A program made the translations under genes and the position numbers. A stretch of 63,893 nucleotides of DNA, the filler included, from Octopus bimaculoides (taxonomy: Eukaryota): the NCBI RefSeq assembly GCF_001194135.2. It is 6 parts of 5 records of this genome, joined end to end, with 100 filler letters (N's around TTAATTAATTAA, not from the genome) between each part and the next. Parts side by side here need not be neighbours in the genome. Positions count along the whole stretch, not along the records: positions 1 to 31,576 come from NC_068981.1; 5 more parts are not named here. One strand, written 5' to 3'. The first letter of the stretch is position 1; each line of letters opens with the position of its first letter. The notes under the pieces were generated by a model, which was given only the letters and a program-made list of their open reading frames with translations, made no database searches and was not told where the DNA came from. Shown here piece by piece: positions 1 to 11,879 of this stretch.

Positions 1-44
<44 letters not shown>

Positions 45-196
45 GCTGAGCCTAAAAGATTACTTGGAGACACATGGCATGTTATTTAAATACGCCAGCT
101 TATTACATTTGTAAAGCATGATACTATTTGTAAGTCTTTTTGTAAATTATGTAAATTGTGTATATTTGTGTATATCAAATGATACATACATATATA

Positions 197-415
197 TTCT
201 TTTATTCATTTCAATCATTTGACCGCGGCCATACTAGAGCACCGCCCCAAGACCTATTCTTTGTAAGCCTAGTACTTATTTTATTGGTCTCTTTTGCCGA
301 ACTGCAAATTTAAGGGGACGTAAACGCACCAACATCGGTTGTCAAGTGATGGTGGGGGAACATACAAACACACTAACATACACACGCATTCGCTCACACA
401 CACACACACCACACA

Positions 416-464
<49 letters not shown>

Positions 465-506
465 GACGGGAATCTTTCAGTTTCCGTCTACCAAATCCAC
501 TCACAA
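197..506 (-). mobile_element. tRNA-derived SINE family B, 3' part with internal (CA)n
   Basis: Shares gcggccat..gagcacc, aagcctagtacttatt, ggacgtaaac..accaacatcggttgtcaag and tttcagtttccgtctaccaaatccactcacaa with the other family B copies. Confidence 0.85.
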
Positions 507-749
507 TATATATATACGTGCATCTATATATACATGCGTGTGTGTGTGTGTGTGTAACTATTGTGTATGCGTGTCTGTTTGCGTGCAGATGCAATTTTCA
601 TCAACATCTTTCAAGGCACGTCTCAAACGTTGATTCCATTCAAATGGTACCAATAATTTATTTCCTGTGCTATATAGAGTCTAGCTTGTTAGATTGTTAT
701 GCGAAAAAATAACCGATATTTTTTTCGAAAAATTGGTGTAAGCTTTTGC

Positions 750-1135
750 AATGATACATTTCTAAATCTCTCAGAGAGACTTAAGCAGTAGTGACACGAT
801 AAAGTAGTTGTATACTGTCAACTTAACGTGACAGTCCCAATAAGGGAATCATACTACTGCTATTTAGCCCTAGGAAGATGCACTGCTTCCTGTCGGCCTT
901 GATACATTTCCTGTGTCCTTATGTTTACGAGGGGGAGACAAGCACCTCCACCCAGCCAAGCCTGCATTCAGGGACATGTTTCTGAGTTTTTGCTCGTCAT
1001 CAGCCTGGAGTAGCATGACCCGCTGGCTGAAGATGCCTGTCTAGCTCTCGTAAACATATAATAATTCTAGTGAAACACATTCACTGATTACAAAATTAGA
1101 AATGATACATTTCTAAATCTCTCAGAGATTTAAGC
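750..1135 (-). mobile_element. Retrozyme-like non-autonomous unit (351-bp monomer plus partial terminal direct repeat) carrying a hammerhead ribozyme
   Basis: Exact 28-bp direct repeat aatgatacatttctaaatctctcagaga at 750-777 and 1101-1128, extending to ttaagc with a small indel. No ORF. HHR core on the minus strand at 967-1009. Homologous to 31916-32342 and 15502-15623. Confidence 0.75.
967..1009 (-). ncRNA. Minimal type I hammerhead ribozyme motif
   Basis: Minus strand reads tccagg-CTGATGA-c-gag-caaaaa-ctc-a-GAAA-catg-TC-cctgaa. Stem I cagg/cctg, stem II gag/ctc, palindromic stem III ACAUGU, GUC cleavage triplet. C.A mismatch at the base of stem II. Confidence 0.8.
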
Positions 1136-1811
1136 TGGTTTAATCTGAAACTTGGAAATTTTGATCATATATGCATCTATGAGCAGGTCTTTGCAGCCAG
1201 TTCCATTGACTATTTTCGTGCGTCTATGCATTTCAAAGATGACTTTTGTCCATAAATTCATCCATTTTTAGCGCCCACTATTCCCAGAAGGTTTCATGAG
1301 GTAGATTTCTCAGTCACTCCCTCAATAGGGTCCTATCAGAAGGGACTATCATTAAAATTTCCGGAAGGGTTTCCAAGTATGACAAACTGAGAATATAAAT
1401 AACATCCTACCATCTCCTTCTTGTTCGACCCCTACGTTGCCTGGTGTTCGGCTTGGCGTGAAGTATGTCTCGCAAGCCTCTGCTGCGAGATTTTCATCAC
1501 GTGTCCTTAGGACTGGTACTATGACCTCTAAACGCAATGAAGTAGCGGCTCGACTTAGACAGATTCCTTCAATTTTTGCTTAACGAATCAACGACACAAA
1601 ATTAGCAGCCTTCACCAATGTATCACACTGACTGGCGCATGTGCACGTGCACACACAAACGCACGCACGCACACATACACACACACACACACACACCATC
1701 ATCATTATGCACGTACTCCATGCTTGCTTGAGTCGGATGGAATTTGCTGAGGTGGCTTTTCTACGGCCGACAGAGTGCCACACCTATACAAAATAGAAAT
1801 ACATACTACAG

Positions 1812-1968
1812 ACTTCCATCAGTTTCTATCTACCAAATTCACCTATAAGGTTTTGGTCAGCCCAGTGCCATAGCAGAAGACACTTGCCTAAAATGCCACG
1901 CAGTGGAGCCGAGCTTAGACTCATGTAGTTTTGAAGTAAGCTTCTTACCACTTACCCACGCCTGCGCC
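1812..1968 (-). mobile_element. SINE family B, 5' half (tRNA-like head and CORE-like body)
   Basis: Matches the 5' half of the 30497-30894 copy (agaagacacttgcc..tgccacgcagtgg..cttaccac..cacgcctgcgcc). Confidence 0.8.
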
Positions 1969-2043
1969 ACATATATTCATAATGTCAAGCTTATTATAAT
2001 CTTCGAATGGACTCCGATTTAGTCAGACTTGTCAACTAATTTT

Positions 2044-2241
2044 ATGAACAATTTCATGCAGACACATCAACTTTTCTCATGAACTAAGTTTTATACAGAC
2101 GCATTAATTATTTCCGTGAACCATGTCTTAAGCAGACACATTAATTATTCTGTTGAACAATGTTGCAGAGAGACACAAACCATTCTCATGAACAATGTCT
2201 CATACAGGATACATTAATTATTCTCATGAGCAATACCTCAT
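2044..2241. repeat. Degenerate minisatellite, ~37-41 bp unit, about 5 copies
   Basis: Repeated atgaacaatgtc..cagacacattaattattctc motif. Confidence 0.75.
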
Positions 2242-2739
2242 TAAGATATTTTTAATTTAGCTCATATCCTACATCTCATGTTATTATTCCCACTCATAAA
2301 CGTTCTTCGCTAACATGATCAATGTTTTAGGCAAGTAAAGTATAGTTTTGTAAGAATTTTCTTGTATTGCTACGAACTGCTTCTTTTCTGCTTTCGATTT
2401 TTGTTCAAGTTTTATGCCTCACATTTTGCTATGATACATTGCAATTGAATTATTTCACTGTGTGTAAATATATTTTGTCATCACCCTCTCTAAATACAGG
2501 TCATCTTGTATCATCAGCCACACTATGATTATTGATATATGTGTGTGTGTTTGAATGCGTGTGTGTGTATATATGTGTGCGTGACAAACAAAAATTAAAT
2601 GCTTTGAGAACCTTACCCTGGAATAAAGAAAATGAATATTCGTTTTTTTTTTACCTGTACATTTACTGAGTCCTATTTGTCTATATTCCCGTGTTTTAAT
2701 TTGTGATCTATACAGAGTTATGTGTTGTGTTAAGAACAC

Positions 2740-3680
2740 TCTGGTTGCCCAATGTAGTTCCCTAAAAATACAGAGTTTAACTGTTTTCAGATGTATTTAT
2801 CCGCTTCAGCTTTATTTCTTCGTTTTGTCTTAGTTCTAAGGTATTGAATTTCTATTATCGATGAAGGATGGTGGGTAATTCCTATCAGGGAATGTATTCT
2901 TTAATTCTTGAAGTCTTATGTTACGGGCGTTTTCATCAGGTAAAATTGGGCAGAACCTTTTGAATGGGTTATAAGGGACAAGTACTGAGGTGTGCATCAG
3001 ATGGCATGAATTGAAAGCAAGATAATTGTTTGAAGTCTAGATTCATAGTAAATGTTCATCTTTGTTTGGTTGTTGACATACTTTATTAGAATAGCTACAA
3101 ATAGGAGTTAATCTTGGCTATATTCCAAAGCGAATTGCATATTTTTGTTAATTCCATTAAGGAGTTGTTTGAATTCTTTTACTTTCTGTACGTTTTCCTC
3201 AATCGTCGAAGTACACAGACAGTTTTTTTTTTATATATTTAAACAAAGAGTTCGAATATTTTTGCAAGGATTTTTCGTACATCGTAATCTCTAGATAGCT
3301 CAACACGATTTGCATAGGAGGGGACTGTTTTCGTCCCCATCACAGTCACAGATTTCTATTGATAAATGTTGTCATTAGATGCAAAGCAGTTTTTCTCTAG
3401 AGGAAATTTTAGTCCTAGTATTATAAATTCATTTTCTATGTGTTGTCGATAAATTACCCAAACAGAACTCAATGGCCTCAATTTCAAAATAGTGAGGAAC
3501 ATACATTATGTCCTCATATATTACCCCTCGAAAGATGAAGAGCAGTAACAACACTAAGGAGACTTTAACCTAAATTCTGCTCTAGTTTCTTTATTATTCA
3601 TAAAAATTAGTTAAATCCATGCAAACTCCCACAGTTCTTAATAACTACGATAGAGCAATTACTTTAACATGTATTTGTAA
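2740..3680 (-). mobile_element. Penelope-like element reverse transcriptase relic (frameshifted, with stops)
   Basis: Manual minus-strand translation gives PHYFEIEAIEFC, FIILGLKF, VMGTKTVP (cf. TAMGTKxAP) and KEFKQLLNGINKNMQFALEYSQ, followed by LFVAILIK..NIYY (cf. LPFLDILI..TDIYYK). These are in the order expected for PLE RT. Confidence 0.8.
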
Positions 3681-4250
3681 ATTCAAAAAAATTTTTAAGT
3701 GATTTATCTCCTGATGGTGGATGGAGGAGAAGGAAAATGGAAATATTTCATTTGATTTCAACATCAAATAATTATTATTAATAAAATAATTATTAATAAA
3801 ATAATTATTAATATTACATTAACTAAAGATGCTATAATAATTAAAAATATTACAGTGATTAATAATATTATTACAATTGACAATATAACAATTAATAATA
3901 ATACAATAATCATTAATAATTATTACATCACTGTATCATTTAGATCATCATTTCTAACTAACGATACCATAAATTTGCAGTTTTAATGTAATACATATTT
4001 GTATACACGTTGCCTGCCACAGGATATCGATATAATTTGCTTCAATTTGCCAAAAGGGTTTTATTAATTTTCTCAAACCCGAAAGCTGAAATATTTTGTG
4101 TGGTGGTATATAGGTACATAACACATGTAATTACACTACAATGACGTGATAGGATTTATCTCATAGTAATGCAAAATGCTCAGATTGCTTCGCTCCGAAG
4201 GCTTTGAGGGGATGTTATTCATTATTTGACTATGTCTCTTCATTGTATAA

Positions 4251-4502
4251 TGTTTTCTTCATGAACTCACGGAAAATGAACTATCGGAAGATGATATCTT
4301 AGAGTCAGAGAGTGAATATTTAGATGCTTTTGATAAAAATTATGTAGCAAATACCAGTGGAAGTAATACCAGTGAATCTAGGTCTACTGACGAAGATGAA
4401 CAATTAGTTACTCGAGGTCGTAAGAGACAACACAGTTCTCCTGCACCAACTGCACCAAGTTCTCTGGCACCAACTGAATCGACATCTAATACTTATACCT
4501 GA
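4251..4502 (+). pseudogene. ATG-less acidic open frame resembling a piggyBac-type transposase N-terminus
   Basis: Frame reads LHELTENELSEDDILESESEYLDAFDKNYVANTSGSNTSESRSTDEDEQLVTRGRKRQHSSPAP. An acidic D/E/S tract followed by a basic RGRKR patch is typical of the disordered piggyBac N-terminus. No catalytic domain seen. Confidence 0.35.
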
Positions 4503-4782
4503 TATATGTCGGTGTTTTACCAAATATATTTCCAGGTAGATGCCATGATACGAGTTAACTCGCATCATTGGACAAATAAAAGGCTCTTTGGTGTTTCCAC
4601 AACACACTTACAATATTAGTTCCAGACGCCAGTTCATTTTAAGCGTGTTACAATAAAATAGACCCCTACGAGTATGCTCGTACCTGGTAAAATTTTATTG
4701 ATTGCCAACTACGAAATAACTCGTAGTTGGCAGTCAACGTGTTAATTAATGCTTTTTTCTCTGTTTTCCATGCCTTTTGCCA

Positions 4783-5163
4783 TTTTACTCGTCTCAATCA
4801 TTAAACTGCGGCCATGCTAGAGTACCACCTTGGGAGATTTTAGTCGAACGAGCCGGCCCGAGTATACTTTAAGCCTGATACTTATTGCGTCTGTCTTTAT
4901 TGCCGAACCGCAATGTTGCAGGGGACGTAAACACAGCAACACCGGTTGTCAAGCGGTGGGGCGGGGTGGACAAACAGGCACATAGAAACACACACACACA
5001 CAATGGGCTTCTTTCAGTTTCCGTTTGACAAATCCACTCACAAAGCTTTTGTCGGTTCAGGGTTATAATAAAAAGTACTTTCACAAGGTGACACGCTGTG
5101 GGACCGAACTCAGAACTATGTAGTTTGGAAGCAAACTTCTTATCACATAGCCACGCACGCACC
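4783..5163 (-). mobile_element. SINE family B, near full length
   Basis: Colinear with 30497-30894 from tail to tRNA-like head, with internal (CA)n. Confidence 0.85.
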
Positions 5164-5793
5164 TGTTGGTATTAACTACCCTAACAACAACAACAACAAC
5201 AACATCACTACCTTCACTTAATTTCCTACCTTAGAGAATGCAACATATACGAAATACATGGCGAAATACGACGCAAGGAAAGCAAATCTTTATCCTATTA
5301 ATTGCTTGGTCCCTCTACTTTATTAATTGTCATCACTCGTGCAACCACGTGTCACCACTAATCTGAGTTCTTTGTAAAATAAAAGGTGAGTTTGATTCGC
5401 TAATTTCCAGTTTAATTCTAGGTATTAACGTTCTTCTACCTGTCAAAGACCCACTTATTAACAATCCTTCAATTTAACCACGATGTAATTTAACATTTTC
5501 TGCTCTAGTTCCTTTACAAAGGCCTCGCTAAATTGATGTGTTACGTAACGGCATTACAACCAATCCTATTTTAAGATTTAATCTATGCTATGGCATTTCT
5601 GGTGGAGTAAATGCGTTTAGTAATTCTAATGTTGCATTCATTATTTGGTTGCTTGTGGCAAACTGTTTTATCTAAGCTAAAATACGTCTGGATATTTCCC
5701 GGTTGTAGTTCGAAAACCTTTTATTTTGTAGCTGTTAGCTTTCCTTGAGATTGTCGCGGGAGAGGCATTTGTTGACCGGTCTGTGGTGATGAC

Positions 5794-6006
5794 GGCGGCG
5801 AGCTGGCAGAATCGTTAGCACACCGGGCGAAATGCTTAGCAGTATTTCGTCTACCGCTACGTTCTGAGTTCAAATTCCACCGAGTTCGAATTTGCCTTTC
5901 ATCGTTTCGGGGTCGATAAAATAAGTACCAGTTGTGTGCTTGGGTCGATCTCATTGACTGGCCTCTGCCCCCTAAATTTCAGGTTTTGGGCCTATAATAG
6001 AAAGGA
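5794..6006 (+). mobile_element. tRNA-derived SINE family A (central domain resembling Meta/MESC)
   Basis: ggcggcgagctggcagaatcgttagc head, gagttcaaattcc B-box-like motif, ttgcctttcatc.tttcggggtcgataaaataagtaccagtt central block. The domain name is from recall, not a search. Confidence 0.85.
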
Positions 6007-6049
6007 AAAGGTCTGTGGTGATAACTGGTTGAGTTGATGAATGAAAATG

Positions 6050-6565
6050 TGTTGCTTGGGCTGCATGAAGAAGTAACTAACATCCGCGAATATTTAACAG
6101 AGTTTAATTCACAAATAACAACAGCAATAATTACATACGTGCTGGGAGAGACATACTATTTGGCGTTTACAGATACAGCAACATGTGGCTGGTCCAGCAT
6201 ACATGGAAACGATTGTGCTACATTCCTGCTAACGGAGATTCCTGTGTCTATCTCCATTTGTTTTTACTCTCTTCCTGGGTCGTCAGGCCATGGAAAGAAT
6301 GGAGACAACTTGCAGCTGCCCCAATATTCTGCACAGCAAGAGGTGAGACGTGCGAATGAGTTGGCCTCGCTCAACGCTCTGCAAAGAGTGTAAGCGCCAA
6401 AAGCGGTTTTTTATAGGCTACAAAAAAGGAGATTCTGGAAGATTCAATTACGCAAATAGTTTGACGCTGATTGGTTGCTTAACAGACCGATCACCTGAAA
6501 CTACTGTATTTCGGTCGTGATGCATGATCGGTTATGCAGCGGTCCGGTTTCGAATCACTGCTACA
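6050..6565 (-). mobile_element. Solo LTR-like element with CCAAT and TATA motifs
   Basis: Termini TGTAGC...GCAACA on the minus strand. Contains accaatcagcgtcaa followed by cctataaaaaa. Colinear with 18346-18795 (+). TSD not convincing (aaatg/agatt). Confidence 0.55.
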
Positions 6566-7554
6566 AGATTATAACCTGAATGTTTAAATTTTAAAACTCA
6601 AATAGTTGACGTATAACATTAATATATTTACCTAATATCGACCGAAGGTGGTTGTTGTTAGTAAACATCAATACTAAATATGGTAATATTTAGTCAAGCA
6701 CCTCTGACAACAACTTGTGCTGAGTGTGCTTTTTCTAAAGAAAAGGTTAGCTCTTCTTGCCTCAAATTATCACCAGAACACTCGAGAGCTTTCCGGAGAA
6801 AGCTTATAAAAAGTACCTGAGATTCAACTCTTTGGGTGGCAACATTTGGTTTCTTGATAAGACAATTTTCATCCCTCAGCTTCTCAAATGAAAGCTATTC
6901 ACGCTAACACTAACAGGCGTGTTCCCCTTTTTTGCCTGAGGTTTACAATTTATCGATTATAAACATAGTAAAATGAAATATAAAGTGTTATCAATAAAAC
7001 ATGATTAAAAATAATTTCCTTTTTTTCCTTTTATTTATAATTCAACACTATTATAATATGCACTTCAACAATTTGAAAAAAGACAGCGGGAGTTCTTACA
7101 TGCGAGTAGTACACACGATTGCTTCCCTTAGTTGCTTCACGAAAAATAGATTTTATCACATAAATTTAATACATGAAGACAGAGATACTTTGTCATGATG
7201 TAAGGCTAATAGCTGCCTAATTCCTGTTATAATCTGCATGGTTGAATGCAGATTTGCCAAGTTCTTTCATAGTTTTTGTGGTTTCATATTTTGAGTTTAG
7301 CAATAATGTTTGAAATGCTGCCAGGAATGAGATCGTTCAAGGTATCTATCGATAATAGAGATATCGATACCAGTGATGCCTTGAAGACAGTCACTGATAG
7401 CATGGATAGTAGAAGATATTATGAATTTTTCATCTCAGAAATGTTACATCTTGATCTTTTAAGAAACGGGATTGCCAAGAGGTAGGAAATATATTACAAG
7501 AGCTTATATCGATTAACGATATAAGTTCTATATCTTACCTACACTTTAACTACT

Positions 7555-7912
7555 GGCGTTCCGTCAGTTACGACGACGAAGGTTCCAGTTCATCCGAAAA
7601 ACGGTCACAGCTTGCTCATGAATTTAATGTGCAAGTGGCTGAGCACTCCACAGACACGTGTACCCTTAACTTAGTTCTCAGAGAGATTCAGCATGACACA
7701 GAACGTGACAAGGCTGGCCCTTTGAATTACAGGTACAGCTCATTTTTGCCAACTGAGTGGACTGGAGCAACATGAAATAAAGTGTCTTGCTCAAGGACAC
7801 AACGCACCGCCGGGAATCGAACTCACGAATTCGATTCCCAGCAGCGCGTTTCTTAACAGATCAAAATATAGAAATTTCTTACGAAATTCACTAACCGCTA
7901 AACCACGCGCCT
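7555..7912 (-). mobile_element. tRNA-derived SINE family C, head interrupted by a small foldback
   Basis: Body gtgtccttgagcaagacactttatttc (minus strand). Tail shared with 17090-17474 and 35241-35497. Palindrome gggaatcgaa/ttcgattccc at 7812-7839. Confidence 0.8.
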
Positions 7913-7929
7913 TGTGTAGCTTAAACAAG

Positions 7930-8336
7930 TTCTTTTATTCTTTTATTGATTTCTGTCATTTTGATTGCGGCCATGCTGTAGCACCACCTTTAATCAAACA
8001 AATCGACTCTCAGGACTTATTCCTTGTAAGACTAAGTACTTATTCTATCGCTCTCTTTTTTCGAACCGCTAGGTTACCGGGTCGTAAAAACACCAACATC
8101 GGTTGTCAAGCGATATTGGTGGGGGACAAACACAGACACACAAACACACAAACACACACACACACATATATATACGATGGGCCTCTTTCAGTTTCCATCT
8201 ACCAAATCCACTCACAAGGCGTTGGTCGGCCCGAGGCCATAATAGAAGACAATTGCCCAGGTGCCACACGGTGGGACTGAACCTGGAACCATGTGAATGG
8301 GAATCAAGCTTTTTACCACACATCCATTCCTGCACC
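7930..8336 (-). mobile_element. SINE family B, full length
   Basis: Complete colinear match to the other family B copies; internal (CA)n(TA)n. Confidence 0.9.
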
Positions 8337-8483
8337 TATGTACCTACTATCTGCGGTAATTTAAATAAGTTCTATAATATCTGACCACGTATCAGTAATT
8401 TATCAGAATATCTTTCAATACAGCACTTCGAGCTGATGCTTCAAAGATGAGAAATGGTAATATCTGTTATCTCATTAATCATC

Positions 8484-8680
8484 TTTTTTATTTTTTAATT
8501 GTTTCTGTCATTGAATTGCGGCCATTTCGTGGGGGGAGTACCACCTTGGAGGGTTTAGTCAAACAAAACGAACCCTGGTATTTATGTCTTTTAAAATATG
8601 GAACTTATTTTATCAGTTGTTTTGCCGAACCCCTCTATTTCCGGAAAATAAAACAAACTAACAGCGGTTTTCAGGTGGTA
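8484..8680 (-). mobile_element. SINE family B, diverged 3' fragment
   Basis: gtttctgtcattgaattgcggccat..agtaccacc..tttagtc..tttgccgaacc. Confidence 0.65.
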
Positions 8681-8849
8681 GAGGTAAGAAACAAATACAA
8701 ATACATACACTTATATACATATATATATATATAGATATATGTAGATATATATAGATATATAAACAACGTGTTTCCATACAATTTCCAATGCTGGCATCCT
8801 AACATCACAACTACATCATCCTGGAGCATCAATATAAAGCAACTACATT

Positions 8850-10800
8850 CCAGAAGTTCTTCTTTTTCTCTTCTTCTCAACTGTATCTATCACCACAGCG
8901 ATTATCATTCATTCTTCATTATTCAGGTTATTAGAATTTAACTGAACAACATGGAAGTTTTTGTCCGTTTATGCCTCAAAATCATTCTAGATTCTATTAA
9001 TATTATTCTTTGACAATTTGTTCTATTTTCGATTAAAACTTCATTTATTGAATGAAGTGTGAAGGGAAAATCCTTCTTCTTCTCTGTTCTGTTCTCTATA
9101 AAAAATATCTTCAATCGTTTGTTCTGTAAAAGAATTCCATATTTGAATTGCATTTTGAGGATTACAAAAGCATAAAAAACTGCAAACATTTCTCTAAGGT
9201 GTGATGACATTCTTAATGTTGAAGCCTGCTTTAAAATGTTTTCAAACTCATTGTCGTTTTGCAATAATCTGAGCCGTAAGCAATCATAAAGATGCATCTT
9301 TAAAAGTTGGCATAATTTCTCAATTATTCATATTTTCTTGATCCTGGAACATGAAGCAAAAATAGACGGAAATGAAATTTTTTAGCATCTTTCAAACTCA
9401 TCGGATTTTTTAAGACAACAACAACAATAATAATAATAATAATATGATTGCTTTATCCGACTGTCCATTTCTTTTGTCACATTCATTGAACACATCACAT
9501 AAAAGAATTTTAATTTTCGTGAGCTTGAACCAAACGTCTTTTGTATTTCTCCGAAGATATTTGGAAATCTTTCCATGCATGTTCCAATTTCCAAAGAGAA
9601 GCAAAATTATTAATACTACATGACTCATGCATCATGGATTTTTTCACAAGACCCTGCAATGGAATATCTTTATTGGGAATTTCTGCAGATATTAATGTCC
9701 ATGTTCTCTACATTTTAAATTTTATTTCTTCCGGAACACTAATCACCAGGTCACAGTAAGACAGGTCTTTTTTTATGAAATTCAACAACAGGAGCTTCTG
9801 TCAAGCCAATTATATGTTTCTTCTTGATATCCTTTAAGGCAAATATTATAAATCCTTGCAAATATATTCTAGTGATTTTCTATTATTTCATTCTGCCACA
9901 AGTCATTGATGTCTCTTGGACATCTCAGGTTATTTATGTCGATTAAAAAAAGACCTAGTTTCCCATATTTTGCTGCTATTTGCATAGAATCTTAGAGAAC
10001 ACTGGTGACCGCTCTATAAACTTTCTTGAAATGAAAAAAGAAAGATGGTAATATAATTGAAACTATTGATTATAAATCATTTTTTATTGCATCGAGGTGG
10101 TCCATTAACTCACTATACTCTTTCTCATGACTCTGGGATTAATTATTCCTAATTAACTACAAATGACATTTTTCAATTCGATGCATTCTCTCAGTCTTAT
10201 TTTCTCTGCTTCTCTTTTGCTCATTCTTGTGATTATTCCCTCTGATTTTGTCGTAACAATTGCTCTACCTTCTTGTACTCCCTCTCTAATTAACTCAGGT
10301 CATGTATCACTGTCTATAAATCAGCATCCACTAAGTACGACTGCAAAAAGATTTCTTCTCGTATGGATATTATTGAGTCGTTATTTAAATGTCAGCCCTA
10401 AATTAGAAATTATAGCATATTCATCCGGGTATGAATATGTGTGCTGTGAGATGAATGTTGCTGGATTTCGTTGTGTCATCCAAATTCACCGCGAGAAGAT
10501 CGAAATAGATAACACATTAAACACAGATGGAAGGAAAACGGGAATTCGTTTCGAAGTACATAATTGCAATTTCTTGCATAAATTCCAATATTCCTATTTT
10601 CAAGAGGTGCTCTCTTTTTGCCAATAAATATGGCAGATGTTTCACTATTGATTTTACTATGAGTTGTTAGAAAATTGTACCACCTTATTTTTGCATCTTG
10701 TCTATAATAAAGTTACTCTTTAAGAAGTGGAACATTGTCTCAGATTGTACGGGCCTATACTTTTTATTCCATCTAAATACTTTTGGATGAAACTGGACAT
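8850..10800 (-). mobile_element. Helitron Rep/helicase relic (multiple frameshifts)
   Basis: Minus-strand motifs in canonical order: LQSYLVDA (cf. FQQYxVDAY), IILPSF, DSMQIAAKYGKLGLF (cf. DAMAIVxKYGKPDLF), VVEFHKKR (cf. IEFQKRG), LISAEIPNKD..LVKKSMMHESC (cf. ISAEIPD..MIHGPC), LLQNDNEFENILKQASTLRMSSHLREMFA. Confidence 0.85.
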
Positions 10801-10919
10801 ATAAATTATAGGTTATAATTACACCCACTTAAATTTGGATGTTCTGTTAAAACACATACATCTATGTATGTATACGTATATGTATATATACATATACTTA
10901 TATATCCACATCTTGGCAG

Positions 10920-11052
10920 GAGGCACAAAGAAGAACGGCAACGCTCAACTCGGTCCCTCACCAGAAGCAACACTGAAAAATTCCCCGGATGCAGTAAAGG
11001 CAGTGCACCAGCATGGCCTCAGCCTCTAGCTGAAACTCATAAAAGATAAAAG
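10920..11052 (+). mobile_element. Retroposon 3' end sharing the family B terminal module
   Basis: aaggcagtgcaccagcatggcc.cagcc..gctgaaac..taaaagataaaag. A similar tail-only piece lies at 23527-23580. Confidence 0.5.
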
Positions 11053-11642
11053 ATTATATANNNNNNNNNNNNNNNNNNNNNNNNNNNNNNNNNNNNNNNN
11101 NNNNNNNNNNNNNNNNNNNNNNNNNNNNNNNNNNNNNNNNNNNNNNNNNNNNNNNNNNNNNNNNNNNNNNNNNNNNNNNNNNNNNNNNNNNNNNNNNNNN
11201 NNNNNNNNNNNNNNNNNNNNNNNNNNNNNNNNNNNNNNNNNNNNNNNNNNNNNNNNNNNNNNNNNNNNNNNNNNNNNNNNNNNNNNNNNNNNNNNNNNNN
11301 NNNNNNNNNNNNNNNNNNNNNNNNNNNNNNNNNNNNNNNNNNNNNNNNNNNNNNNNNNNNNNNNNNNNNNNNNNNNNNNNNNNNNNNNNNNNNNNNNNNN
11401 NNNNNNNNNNNNNNNNNNNNNNNNNNNNNNNNNNNNNNNNNNNNNNNNNNNNNNNNNNNNNNNNNNNNNNNNNNNNNNNNNNNNNNNNNNNNNNNNNNNN
11501 NNNNNNNNNNNNNNNNNNNNNNNNNNNNNNNNNNNNNNNNNNNNNNNNNNNNNNNNNNNNNNNNNNNNNNNNNNNNNNNNNNNNNNNNNNNNNNNNNNNN
11601 NNNNNNNNNNNNNNNNNNNNATATATATATATATATATATAT

Positions 11643-11790
11643 AAACACACACGAGTAAGCACATACAGGCAAACAAGGTGGAAAAAATAGTACTCGAACG
11701 CGAAAGATAGAGAATAATGCTTTTATTAAAGCTACAAAAACCATCACAAACTGTTACTCAGAGCTTCAACTGTTCGTCAGACAGTTGTGT
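11643..11790 (-). mobile_element. PLE-type terminal fragment with a damaged hammerhead
   Basis: Minus strand 11749-11786 reads aactgt-CTGACGA-acagtt-GAAG-ctctgag-TA-acagtt. Perfect 6-bp stem I, stem III CUC/GAG, GUA site. Stem II is lost and GAAA has become GAAG. Confidence 0.5.
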
Positions 11791-11879
11791 AATACGTGTA
11801 TATATATCTATATCTATATCTATCTATCTATATATATATTTATATCAAGCGAGATTGGACTAAAGCGACCATTTTCCAG

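Noticed and set aside
1352-1620. Coding-like minus-strand frame (LRLEVIVPVLRTRDENLAAEACETYF)
   Set aside because: In-frame stop upstream and no family assignable by eye; probably a TE relic
6034-6393. 119-aa ORF
   Set aside because: Lies antisense within the LTR-like repeat; no recognisable domain
7276-7485. 69-aa protein-like ORF with possible AG/GT borders
   Set aside because: No recognisable motif, weak acceptor and no supporting neighbouring exons
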